A stretch of 64,000 bases of DNA from Eledone cirrhosa (taxonomy: Eukaryota), in assembly GCA_964016885.1 (NCBI GenBank), contig OZ024745.1:95108001-95172000 (forward strand), in the 5' to 3' direction. The translations under genes were made by a program, and so were the position numbers. The notes under the pieces are model-generated. The model worked only from the letters and a program-made list of their open reading frames with translations. It made no database searches and was not told where the DNA came from. Of the stretch, positions 1 through 12,951 are shown piece by piece (the first letter of the stretch is position 1; each line of letters begins with the position of its first letter).

Positions 1-646
1 TAATACTGTTAGCGTTGTCTTAGGAAGCATAGATAATGGTTTAAAAGGATTTCCATTTGTTAAAAGAATGATTAATGTGATTTTGAATATTCTTTAGCAC
101 GTATTCGTCAGTAGTTATATATCTTAGCCGAATGTTTTGATTGAAGGTAAATAATGTAATATTTGTTCATACATACATTCTTGTCATATACAAGGCTCTA
201 CTAAAACCAAGCAAATGCGTTACCTGCAATAAATGCTATCAATATACTGTTAAAAGAGGGAGGATGACAACGGCGATATAACGATGTAATTATTTCATTA
301 TTATATTGGTATTTGTAACATAATCTAACAAACGTAAATTTATATTGAAAGGTATATATTTAAATAGAGACCCTTTTAAAATGGTTGATTTTCTTTTATA
401 TAATCAGAGGCAGTTTTGGGCGGGTTGGTATCAAATAGGCTAAGTGCTGATGGATCAGACGATAATATAAGGTTTTACAATTGTGAATACACCGTGATTA
501 TGTATATCAGGAACTGCATTGTCCAATACATTTTTTTATTACGGTAGTATGTCATTCGGGCAAGACTTAGCTGCTATTTGAAGCAAATCACGAGACCTGC
601 CAATTCGCATTGATGGCGTCACCTTATTCGTAAGATGTCATTGGAA

Positions 647-651
<5 letters not shown>

Positions 652-733
<82 letters not shown>

Positions 734-769
734 TTTTTCTCTCCCTCTCTCTCTCTCTCAGACACACAC
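652..769. repeat. (CT)n microsatellite with short (CA)n
   Basis: Direct reading. Confidence 0.95.
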
Positions 770-1243
770 ACATTTTATTTAATTTCTTCAGAGAGATAAT
801 TATTGGAAGGAACGGTATGAACAATGAATATATTGGGGAAGGTATCACGAGCGAGGAAGTCTTGATACATCCTCTACTTCTTTAACAGTCATCCCTCTTT
901 CGAAGATAAAACATTCATTTTGCCCTTTCTAATGGCTAGAATATATGCCGCTCGCAACACCTGCATATAGATATACATACATAAGCATTATCATTATAAA
1001 TATTTCGTATAATTATGTAATTAACTAATACTGATACTAAACTAATATGAAATAGAGAAATGAACATATTTTGAAATGTTGTCATTTCCCGAGTAGGTTT
1101 CTCTTTAAGTATTAATCAATTCTATGTTCCATGTTGCCAATTCTTTACATACCGATTTCATTATAACACAGCATCAGTAAATGACTACCTTCACACTAAT
1201 TGCTTACAATTATCTCCACTGCACTCATAAACATGAACACAAG

Positions 1244-1303
1244 CACACACACACATACACACACACACGTATAATATATATATATATATATATAATATAT
1301 ATA

Positions 1304-1388
<85 letters not shown>
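1244..1388. repeat. (CA)n/(TA)n microsatellite
   Basis: Direct reading. Confidence 0.95.
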
Positions 1389-1844
1389 TTAAAATTGTAT
1401 CAATATAATGATATCAAATGGTATCAAAACATAATATTCAGCAACATCAACAGTCGAGGCGTATGTGTATTATATACTTATACATTCTTCGGTAACTTTG
1501 CAACTCCAAACAGAATGTTTAACTAGTCTGACAATACACGGAAGCAGTCCCCAGAAAGAAAAAATATTGTTTTGACCAGAGCTTCATTGAAATACCCCTT
1601 TTTTTTAACCTTTTGCTCTGATATGGGGGAACACGTCTGCTATGGATTTTATGGAGCTTCAGAATTGGCAGGTGGATAGGAAAGATGAAACAACAGACAG
1701 AGTTAGTTAAAGGAACACACTGGTTCACATAATGATAATTGTCGTATAGCATTAATAAACACCTTTATATTCAAATCAACAAACAGCGAAAGACGCGTTC
1801 CGGACTTGTCCGACAGACAACCTTTTCCCCCACCCCGGAAAAAC

Positions 1845-1880
1845 CCCCAGTTGATGGATGTGAATCCGAAATATATAGGG
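1845..1880 (+). ncRNA. Decayed minimal hammerhead ribozyme motif
   Basis: ccc-CAGTTGA-t-ggat-GTGA-atcc-GAAA-TATA-TA-ggg. Stems I and II and the palindromic stem III are intact; the core has two changes from CTGANGA. Confidence 0.5.
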
Positions 1881-3137
1881 ACTATTAAATCTCTCCCAAG
1901 GTAACTCTCTCTTGTGTTGTTATTTTTATTTTTATCTTTTATACTCTTCCCTTCATTCTACACATCTCACACATCTTATATACACCATGCATCTCAACGT
2001 ACACCCACTTACATCTCTCTCTCCACCACCGGATCTTGTTACCCGGAGATTTACCCATTTGCATTGTCGAGGCTTCCAAACGACTTAAAGATATTTACTT
2101 ATTGTTCCACAATGCTTCAAGCAAACTTCAATACTCTCTTACCTTTATATTTGTTTCATGAGGTTTTCTATATGTGGGGTTAGCAGATAGTGGTCTGTTT
2201 GATTTGACTAATCAACACTCAATACTTATGCAATAAGAATTTCATTAAAGAAATGGGCAACTCCCACAACTGGGAACAATCACTGGTCGATGCCATTCAC
2301 ATATGCTTAACCCTTTAGCATTTAAACCGGCTATATCTGTTTAAATTCTCTCACCTCTTTCTGTTCAAACTAGCTGTAACTGGCCGCTCATACTGACATT
2401 AAGGTATTGTTCTCAAAATAAACAACACCGAAATCTCGTAGATTCAATATTATGTGAGATAATTATTTAAGATAAAGCTTTTACCACAAAAATACAGTAG
2501 TATATATAGAGTAATGTATATGCTAAACATATGCAACAAGCATGATAAAACCAATAGAAATGACAAAATGATCGACTTAAATATTGAATAGCAATAGCTT
2601 TTTAATTGCATTAAGATCAAAATTGTGAATAACTAACACTTGTTTTTAGTATTATATTAACAAAGAGCTGAATAGAATGACCGAATATCTTTCAAGCTTG
2701 ACGTGTGATCTATCCCACGCTATTATTAGGATTTTACACCTGCAAGCATAGATACACACGTATGTACATACAAGATGAATAACCAGCCTCTTACGAATAT
2801 AAATAAGCTACCTTTCATTAGGCGCAACAATAAGAAATATTGTCTTCCCGTGGTCAGCATACATCTGGCATTGGCAGGATGATACATTTCTCGCGTTTAC
2901 ATGATGTTAAAACGTACATTGGTTTTATCTAAAACCATTCAAACTCGGAAAAATACATATTTCTTAATTTAGAAATAAGGGTAAACGCAATAACACTGCA
3001 TGCTCAATATTCATCTGTTGCCTGAATGATTTAGGAATAGAGTATCTTAGTTCAGGTGGAGCATTTATGCAAAGGCAAGGATATGCAACACTCGAGATTC
3101 CAGCTTCAACTTATCCATGCCACCAAACACTCTAAGC

Positions 3138-3401
3138 CAGTCATCAGCAACCTGTGGCCCACGAAGCTTTCTGAATGCCTCGCTTAAGTCACCTAAGTGA
3201 AATCTTTTTGATTTTTTTACCCCAAATTTTCAGTTGTAATTTATCTTTCTATCATTTTTACGCTCGAGGAAAACAACGTGTACGAATTCTGAAGAAACAA
3301 ATCAAAACAACTTGAGTTACCACCCTTTTTTTAATGCGGCCCGCTTGATGATGAGTCATATCTCATGCGGCCCGATTCTCAAAAACAGTTGCCAATGCCT
3401 G
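3138..3401. mobile_element. hAT (Charlie-like) MITE
   Basis: Imperfect TIRs cagtcatcagcaacc / cagttgccaatgcctg, internal tgcggccc motifs, 8-bp TSD ctctaagc (3130-3137) / ctctaact (3402-3409). Confidence 0.75.
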
Positions 3402-4250
3402 CTCTAACTAATTTGAGGACAACCATCCTTTCATGGTCACATATCGCTGTTCTGGACACATACCACCAGCAGTCTGGTTAACCTCCTACTCGCTCTTCCA
3501 CCTCCTACTTCCCCCCTATTTATTTACTCCCCCCTACTTTCACATGCTTTCCCTCACTACGCTTCCTTCCACTTTCTCACTTCCCACGCAGGAAGAACAA
3601 TCAGGCATCTCGGAACCTCCGACAAATTTAACACTCATTTCATTGCAACACACTATACTTTCCCGCCTCCATATCCTAAGTCCTATACTAATAATTATAA
3701 CCTTGAATGTTTTCCAAATCTCCATCTTCAGTCGACTTCTTACTCTCTTAATTTACTTTAACCTCGTTATTCTTCTAACGAAGGACATCTCAGGTTACAC
3801 ACGCGGAATAACCATTAGGAGGCAATTCCTAACCCAATCATCCGATGATCATACTTAATACAAAATGAGCCATAAAGTGTTATGAACTATGACATACAGA
3901 ATACATGTCGTAATGTATTATAGCTCCACACGGTTATTCTATTTGTCTTAATATTTTCATTATGTTCCATTTCACTTTATTTCAGTATATATTATATGAT
4001 CATATATGATCAGGAATGTTCACATGAGAAATAACGTATTGATAAGAGCATACATAATCCTTATTAGTGCGTGTCCCACCTTTCCCTCTCTTTCTCTTTC
4101 TAATCCTCTACCTTTGAATATATTTTATTACTTCAACCCAAATGTTCATATCAGACCAATGTGACATATGTAACGTCACGCCAGTGATATTACACTTGAT
4201 CAAATGAAATTAATTACTTACACAAGCACTAATACACGCTTACACCCATA

Positions 4251-4296
<46 letters not shown>

Positions 4297-4301
<5 letters not shown>

Positions 4302-5273
4302 ATACTTGGGGAGGGTCATATTTGTGTAATATTGCCAGAATTAATAACAGAACACACTCACTGTTTGGTTGGTTTTCGCTTCTCGCTGTCTTTTATATCT
4401 GTAATCTAGCTTACTGGGTCCTCAATGTTGCCATTGACTGACCGACGGTCTTAAATATTGCAGGTACAATATAGACATAAACACATATATATAGTTTACA
4501 TAATTTACATAAATCTTTCGTTGCACATCTGCAACATCGTCAGTGGTGTTATATTTTCCTCCTGTTGTGTTGTATGTCTACGCCATTTTTTATTCAGTCT
4601 GTCTATATATTTATTTATTTATTTGCTTGTTTGTTTATTTTATTTTGTCTTCTTTGCGCATGCGTTTGCGTGTGTGTATAGTGTTATGTTTGCTGTGTGA
4701 CTAGTGTGTATAGTGTTGTGTTTGCTGGGTGACTAGTGTGTGTTTATGTGCTTGTTGTTATTGTGCTTGTGTATGTATTTATTTATCTTATTTTATTTAC
4801 TTATTTATACTTCTCTTAGGTCAGTGTTGTTTGTTTGGGTGTTGTTGCTATTCCACTCATTCTTTCTGTTTAGCTTTGGTCTTCTAATTTCTATTTCACT
4901 GGCCTCTACTGGGTCATTTCTATGTTTAGATATTATTCTAATTTCTATGTTGTCTATGTTACCGTCATGTTGTTGTCTAGCATGTTCGTATAGTACTAAC
5001 CCGTTTTTTCGTCCTTTTAGTTCCCCCCAGTGTTGGTCTATCCTTTCACCTATGCTACGAGCTGTTTCACCATTGTATGTTGTTGTCATGTTTCTGCAAG
5101 TACCCTCTGTACATCTTATGCTATAGACTACGTTTCTAGTTTTACAGTTTATCCGGGGGTTCACCTTACATGTGATACATTTCCTATTGGTAGAGTGGGT
5201 TTTCTTAAAAGGGTAGGTTTTGCTGATCAGGGATTTTATGGTGGTTCCTGGCTTTTCTACCACCTTTATTTTA

Positions 5274-5275
<2 letters not shown>
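4297..5275 (-). mobile_element. 5'-truncated Penelope-like element (GIY-YIG end plus 3' region) flanked by (TA)n
   Basis: ORF 4805..5473 has CITC..NCKTRNVVYSIRC..C..YNGETARS..ERIDQH..PKLNRKNEW; HHR downstream on the same strand. Confidence 0.85.
4508..4545 (-). ncRNA. Hammerhead motif in PLE 3' region
   Basis: Minus strand: ca-CTGACGA-t-gttgca-gatg-tgcaac-GAAA-GATT-TA-tg. Stem I is decayed. Confidence 0.7.
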
Positions 5276-5364
<89 letters not shown>

Positions 5365-5451
5365 ATTTATCTATTATACCCATATGCATATATATATATA
5401 AATATATGTATATATATATATTATATGCATATGGGTATAATAGATAAATGG

Positions 5452-5485
<34 letters not shown>

Positions 5486-5689
5486 TTATATATATATATT
5501 CATATATATCCGGGAGCTTCCAACAGTAATGGTTGCATTCTTTAAGGGTATGTCAATATTTATTTATAAAACTGATCTATATTAAATTTTATCTGATGAA
5601 AGCACACCATAATTTAACTTGGTGTCCTTGAAATATGTATAATGAAATAAATATGGTTTTATAAATATACTTTCCATTAGTTAATATCG

Positions 5690-5772
<83 letters not shown>

Positions 5773-5969
5773 AACCTCTTGAAAGCCATGTCAGTAGAGT
5801 GACCTCGCAATTCCTGCTCTTGTGTTGGCACGTAAGTAGTTCTATTTACATTTCTATTCATAGTTCAATTTGCATGGCGTGTAAATAGTTCTATTTGCAG
5901 CTCTATTTACATGCCAGCACAAGAGTAAGAATGATAGTGTCATTCTACTGACATGGTTTTAAAGAGGCT
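5773..5969. mobile_element. Imperfect foldback / MITE-like element
   Basis: cctcttgaaagccatgtcagtagagtgac..ctcttgtgttggca mirrored by tgccagcacaagag..gtcattctactgacatggttttaaagagg. Confidence 0.55.
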
Positions 5970-6067
5970 GTTTGCATGATTGTAATCGAATCGAACATTA
6001 TTATTAATATTCGAAAAACTCAGATTACATTCATTGCATTCAGCCATGTAGAGCAATAAACTATTTG

Positions 6068-6194
<127 letters not shown>

Positions 6195-8582
6195 TCATTT
6201 CGGTTCACATTACACGAATAAATACTCAGCTAAATACAAATGTCAAAGTTCTCCTGTAAACAATAATTAATCCATAACGTGTATAGGAAATATTGACGTT
6301 TTCATATTAAATATTCATAGATTAGTAAATATATTGTCAGTAATATAGTGCACGAGAGCTGAATTTAAGAAGTGTGTGAGTAAATATCGTCACGCAGAGT
6401 TCATAGTCTCCTACACGGATCATCAAAGCGAAACTAAAATAATTGACAATGACGTCAAAATAATTATACATTCTTAAGAAGCAATTAAATCACACTGGTG
6501 GATTATAACATAGATTATTTCTTGTACTTATACATATAATCTGCATTAGAATTATTAACGCCGCAGATTCAATTATAAAAGGACATTTTATTTCACGTCA
6601 TGATCTTAAATATATTATGTGAACACAACTTTCAGGACAGGCATTCACACACAGAGGTATATATATCATGTTTAATCGAGTTTCCCCTCCCCTTCAAATT
6701 ACTGGCCTTGTGCCTAAAGTAGAGACTGCGTGTGTATACAATTTAAATATAGTTTCGTTAACGGATGTTTTGGGCATTAATTAACAAGAACGTTTCTCAT
6801 TAAAATGAAACAACTATTCAATTCAGTTTCTACCGCGGTCTCAACATGCTTTCACGCCAATATTGGAAAAGGTATTAGTTTGATTAAACGTCTACATACA
6901 ACTGTTCAGGCTCATATAACCCTTATTAAATATTAGCCGATGTGTTGTTTGTTTGCTGGTCTAAACATATAGCTAAAAGGGCATAAGGAGAAAAGAGAGA
7001 AAGAGAGAATTAACACATGGGATGAAGGAGGACTATTAATACTGAACAGAGTTTTAGGTAGGGAGCAAAGAACGCTATAATATAGAGTCTATATTAAGAA
7101 AAATTGTGTGCATGGTCTATATTTTAGGACATATTCACAGATGCACACGAATGCACACAACTTTTCTTTCTTCTTTCTGACGAATGGAATATACATATAT
7201 GAAAATATATGTTTCTTTTCTCAATTCATTTCCTTCTTTTCTCAAATTACTGCTTTCTTTAATACTAATAGTCTTTAATAAATAATAGTCTTTAATACTA
7301 ATAGTCTTTAATAAATAATAGTCTTTGAGTGTGGGAAATATTTTGTATCGTTGAGCCAAATGCAAGTGTAGAGAATTCATTTATTTATTAATATTTGTTT
7401 ATATATTTATACAATCATTTACATATGTACTATTACCCACAGTGGCAGACGTACACGCTCGAAATTACCCATTATGTAATGGGTACAGCCGTAGCATAAT
7501 CTATCATATTTTATGTTCATAGAATAATATACATTTAAACATAGGTGAGGAAACAGAAAACGCTCTCCTTTATAAACGAAGTTCCTTTAGTTATTTGCAT
7601 TCTTTTGTCACTACTGACATAAAAATGCAATAAATTACTGTTGAGTTGTAAACCTGTAATCAATGGATGTTTTTTGTAAATAATTGTGAATATAGAATTA
7701 AATACCTTCAAATGTGATTTGTAGCAAATGAATGAGGATGGAAATACTCGAGACATACTCGAGTATATGAATCTCTTACTAGCAAGTGTTTTTCCGAAAG
7801 TTTATAATGATTTGATATCTGCATGCACTTTATTTTCGGGTGCTATTTCTGATATATTTAAATCTGTCTTTTATCATATCAATGAGATCCACTTCGAATG
7901 TTTACAAGCGTTTAAGCATTGTTTGGCAATTGCTCTAATGCCAGATTTTTCTTCGATGTGTCTGTCATTGCTGTCTTTTTCTTAGAAGGACACTTTCCAT
8001 TATATTCGTTAAATTTCGTCAAAGTGTGTAGGAGTGTATGTCTATATGTAATTTACACACGTTTGAATTCAATTATTCATTATCAATCAAATTGCATCAT
8101 TGTAACAGTAAAACCGATAAAACTAATTTCTTCGGCTATATTAAGGCCATTTCTTATTATTATTCTAATATGTTCAACAAAACTATATTCAAACATTTCG
8201 ACAAGCTGCAAGCAAAAGTATTGGGTATTTCAGATTAAACGTTTCATTGTTACTTCAGGGATAGAAAGAACACTCGATATTAAGGAGACGAATTTGATGT
8301 TTCTCAATGACTTTATTTCGTTGTGAATATATTGTCTAATCATACGCCTATTGTAGCTTTTAGACCTCCTCTTAAGGATTTATATTGTCTAATCCTATAC
8401 ATCTGTCAAAATTAGGCATTTTTGAATTGGACAGCAACAGTTAACAATCTACTTACGTATGCCTTTCAAATTGTCGATATGATTCTCCCACCCCCTGCCT
8501 TCTCAGTACACGCACACACACGCACACGCATGCACACACACGCACACACGCACACACACACATACACATACACACACACACT

Positions 8583-8702
<120 letters not shown>

Positions 8703-8737
8703 CGCGCATGTGTGTGTGTGTGTATATAAATGAAATG

Positions 8738-8776
<39 letters not shown>

Positions 8777-8845
8777 AAAAAGAGATGAAATCGAAAATGC
8801 AACTGAAGTCTTATTTTTTTTTAAAATATATATATTTATTTGGTT

Positions 8846-8883
8846 CCTTTACCGGTTTCGCAGTTCTTCTGCTTTTCAAAGGG
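8846..8883 (-). ncRNA. Minimal hammerhead, U3-A8 core
   Basis: ccct-TTGAAAA-gcag-aagaa-ctgc-GAAA-CCGGTA-aagg on the minus strand. Confidence 0.7.
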
Positions 8884-9026
8884 TGAGTTGAGATGGAGGG
8901 TCTGTGGTTTTTCTCACATCTGGTTGGTCTCTAAATGTTACTTGTTTTATATGGAAAAAGTAAAACAAGTAACATTTAGAGACCAACCAGATGTGAGAAA
9001 AACGACAGACCCTCCATCTCAACTCA

Positions 9027-9064
9027 CCTTTTGAAAAGCAGAAGAACTGCGAAACCGGTAAAGG
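9027..9064 (+). ncRNA. Minimal hammerhead, U3-A8 core
   Basis: cctt-TTGAAAA-gcag-aagaa-ctgc-GAAA-CCGGTA-aagg; palindromic ACCGGT stem III, GUA triplet. Confidence 0.8.
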
Positions 9065-9195
9065 AACCAAATAAATATATATATTTTTTAAAAAAATAAG
9101 ACTTCAGTTGCATTTTCGATTTCATCTCTTTTTCGTTATACTTCCACTCGTGTAGGACACCTCGGTTATTTTTCATTTTGTAAAAAAAATCTCAC

Positions 9196-9233
<38 letters not shown>

Positions 9234-9549
9234 TATATATATGTATGCATATATACATACACATATATATATATATGTATGTGTATGTATATATGCATTT
9301 GTCCACAATTATTTATCATACATACATACATGCATACGTACATACATGTATACATACGTACCTATTGTGTACATATAGATGGACCATCTTAATATTGAAT
9401 CTATTTTCTGAAAATAACTGATAACCAACATATGTGAAAGTATGTTGCTGCAAGTTCTTGAGTGTCACACCCACCATCTAACCTGAAATCATATTTCGGG
9501 CTTTCACATAAGTATTGCTAAGCATATCAAGTATCATATAATTGTTTCT

Positions 9550-9628
9550 ACATTTGGTACAAGGCCAGCAATTACCCAGTGCATTACTGGTACTTTATTT
9601 TATCGACCCCATAAGGATGAAAGGCAAC
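9550..9628 (-). mobile_element. tRNA-derived SINE, 3' fragment
   Basis: ccagtgcattactggtactttattttatcgacccc..ggatgaaaggca. Confidence 0.8.
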
Positions 9629-9752
9629 ATAGTAAAATTGCACAAATGTCAATCAAAAATATAGTTTTGCAATTCTTTGTTTCTTTCACAGCTTCATTTT
9701 GTCTAGCTGTAAAAAGGAGTTAGCAAACATGAGAATATAAAAGAGTAAATAA

Positions 9753-9909
9753 CTGTGTCTACTTTGTGCATAAGGCCAGAAACTACCCCAGTAAGGATGA
9801 AAGGAAAAGTTAACCGCGGCGGGATTTGGACTCAGACCATAAAGGGCCGTAACTCTATGCTTCAAAGCATGGTGTCTGACGATCTACCTATACTGCCAAT
9901 TCACTGCCC
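9753..9909 (-). mobile_element. tRNA-derived SINE (internally deleted)
   Basis: Homologous to other copies; 17-bp TSD tataaaagagtaaataa at 9736-9752 and 9910-9926. Confidence 0.85.
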
Positions 9910-10457
9910 TATAAAAGAGTAAATAATGTGTTAAAAAAATAATTATCACCACAACCGGTATGAGAGAGTATATCATTTCTAAATGTTTATACATTAAAAT
10001 ATTCAATAGAGATTATATTTTCTGTGTTACTGGTCAACGTGCAGATTAGTGGTTTAATCAATAAAGTGCCGGATTACTACAAACGAAAGATCGATGTTTT
10101 TTTTCAGGTCAGGAGACATAATTAACACTGCATACTCTTTAGATTCATGACATTTACCTTTTCCCTTATATATTTTTCCTGTACCACCTAATCAGTGACA
10201 GAAGAGTAACATACATTAACTTTTATGGCCTCAAAGATCGGTGAGAGGAAGGTTGTTATTCTGAGATATGTCAGCGTGTTCTTAGCCAGACGACAGATGA
10301 AGTTTATCACACAAGAAAAGTAAATCTCACATCAATATGCTTCCAAGCAGATTCCATCTTCATTAATCTATCTAGTTTTTTAATAGATATCAGGAGATTG
10401 ACAAATTTACTGGAAGCAATATATACTCCATTTTCAAATATATAGAATATATATAAT

Positions 10458-10715
10458 ACTAGTAGCAGTACCCGACATTGCTTAGGGTAATGACGACTCA
10501 GTCAGCGGATAATAAGCTGGAAAAAATAACTGCAACCCTGCATAAATATATATTTAGAAAGGTGGTTATAATCAGAATCTTTGTTGATATGTGATTGTGA
10601 GTGTGTGTGTGGGTATGAGTGAGTATGTGTGTGTGTGTGTGTGTGATTGTGGGTGTATATGATACAAAGCATGTGCGGACTAGTTTCATTTTATTCAGCT
10701 TGTAGCTTTCTATCT
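10458..10715. mobile_element. Possible short non-autonomous Helitron-like element
   Basis: Starts actagtagcagtacccgacattgcttaggg, resembling the end at 35003 (actagcagtttagcccggcgttgctcggg). Confidence 0.4.
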
Positions 10716-10738
10716 ATCAATCAATCAATCTAGCTATG

Positions 10739-10761
10739 TCTTCTTCTTCTTCTTCTTCTTC

Positions 10762-10826
<65 letters not shown>
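10739..10826. repeat. (CTT)n(ATT)n microsatellite
   Basis: Direct reading. Confidence 0.95.
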
Positions 10827-11246
10827 GGCGACCTACGTAGTAAATCGTGAGCTCCGCAAAGGTTTGTTATTTTCAGTTGTTTAAAATTGCCGTTTATGGA
10901 AAACATTTTATTGTTAACTGTATATGAGTGCATATACGTTGTTATCTGAAAAGGACACCGAAAAAGATTGGGGCCTTGAGCCCAAAATTTAAACTTGTAT
11001 AATTATCAAACAAAATTTTTCTTTGAAAAATCATGGATGACTCAGAGTCACTCCTTCCTCACAAAATAACACCTCACACCGACACCACCATTGTAAATAT
11101 TGCTATGTTTGCCAACACTAAAAATATAAGCAGTAGCAATATTTTAAATTTGTCTCAGGCATACATTCATTCCCGCCATTACCAGCCCCACCACCACCGC
11201 GACAACAGAAACAAAAGAAAAAAATAAATTAACTCGTGATATCAAA

Positions 11247-12917
11247 ATGAATTCAACCAAAATGAACTCTTCCACACTGAACACCACTGACACCACCACC
11301 ACCACAACTGAAACTAAAATAAACAATAACAAAAATAACGATAACAACAACAACAACAATGAAATTAAGAAAACCACCCTGAGTTTTGCCAGAGTAGCAA
11401 AACAGTGCGAAGAATTTCAGGTAACTCAGGAGGAATTAGAAGAAGCCAAAAGAATGGTAAAGAAAGATGGGTACAAGGTCAGCAACCCCCCCCCCCCCAC
11501 ACACACACACACCTAATAAAATGGACCATCGGCGCCTATGCACCGTGTTTTATAGAACAATTAACATAAAATCGCGCCGAGTGGAACGGGCATCCGAGTC
11601 CCAAATACAAAAAGCTTTGGGACATGTGTGGGCGAAAAAAACCCACCTCAGACGTGGGCAGAAATATGGAACCGTGGACGTGTTCTTTGAAACACCACAG
11701 GAGGCTAGAGAACACTCCATGGACCCATTAAGAAGTGACGACATCACACTCGTACCAAGCTATTGTGGTCAGAGACTCGTAAAGATCAGGGTGACTCACG
11801 TTCCACCGGCCATCGAAATTCCCTGGCTAATAGATGCCGTCCTCGCTGGCATCGAAGCCAAAACCAAGATAATCTAAATAGCGAAAGAAAATCAGGAGAA
11901 CTGGTCCGGATCTGGGATGGAGCTCCTGATCCAAGCGGACCAAAAAAGCATTGAGGAGATCCCAGAGGTAATAGACCTCACTGACGGCAGCCACCTCACC
12001 GTAATCGTCGAGAGCAGGAGGCCTAGGTGTGTCGTTTGTGGTGAAGGAACCCACCTAAGGGCTTTCTACCCTCAGGCTAAAAGGTTGAGGCCACCTCTCT
12101 TACCCACCCCAGTGACTCAACCATCAACACCACCAGTAGCAGAGATGGCAGTAACAACTGTAACAGCAACAACCACAGCAACAGTAGCAAAACCAACACC
12201 ACCACCACCCAACGCGCCAGAACTAGCACCAGCGCCTACACCATCCACCTGCCACAACCAAAACTGACGCCAGTGGAGGATTCTCCACTCCCCGGCCTAT
12301 CACAACTGGAGACAGATTGTGGCGACGAGGAGTGGGAAACGGTATCAGGAAAAAAGAAAAGAAAGAAACCCAAAAAGAAAAATTCTCTTCCTTCCCCCTC
12401 CAAAAACAAAATACAGAGGGAAACAAATAAACTATCAAACAAAAAAGTTAGGACAGACATGCCACCATCCATACCAGCATCACCAACTCCATCACCCCAA
12501 ACACCAACACCATCACCATCATTAACCCCAACACCACCATCACCTTTACCACAAAAGTCACCAAAATGCGAAACAGAAACAAACCCACAACAAACGCAAA
12601 CAAAACAAAACAACCAAAACGATACACACTACACAGCATTAAATTTGAACAACCAATTATTACATTACATCCAACACAACCCCAGCATCACAGAAAAAGA
12701 CTACACAACAACCCAAAAATTCACACCACCTCCACACATACAAATCACTCGCATCACACAGAAAACGTACATGACACTGAAACAAAAATTCCCCAAATAC
12801 ATCGGAGAATTCCGACAAGCACTCTCCAGGAGGATTTATAAGGACATCCTTCCTGAGGAGGTGACAAGCAGTGAAAAGGATGGAGAAACCGTCCTTCCTC
12901 TACGAGAAGTAAGGTAA
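11247..12917 (+). pseudogene. LINE ORF1 (gag-like), frameshifted
   Basis: Fragments with SFARVA, RRM-like segment, decayed knuckle RPRCVVCGEGTHLRAFYP, EEWETVSGKKKRK, Pro/Thr-rich tail. Confidence 0.75.
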
Positions 12918-12951
12918 GTGGTCTTTCCCATCTTTCCCACTCCATTTCAAC

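Larger units (their letters stand above)
8776..9200. mobile_element. Solo inverted pseudo-LTR hairpin of the PLE family at 37385-40549
   Basis: Near-perfect inverted arms 8776-8949 / 8961-9134, homologous to 37390-37625 and 40370-40549, flanked by (TA)n. Confidence 0.85.

Noticed and set aside
7535-8326. Overlapping short ORFs
   Set aside because: No recognisable motif; AT-rich, possibly very old repeat
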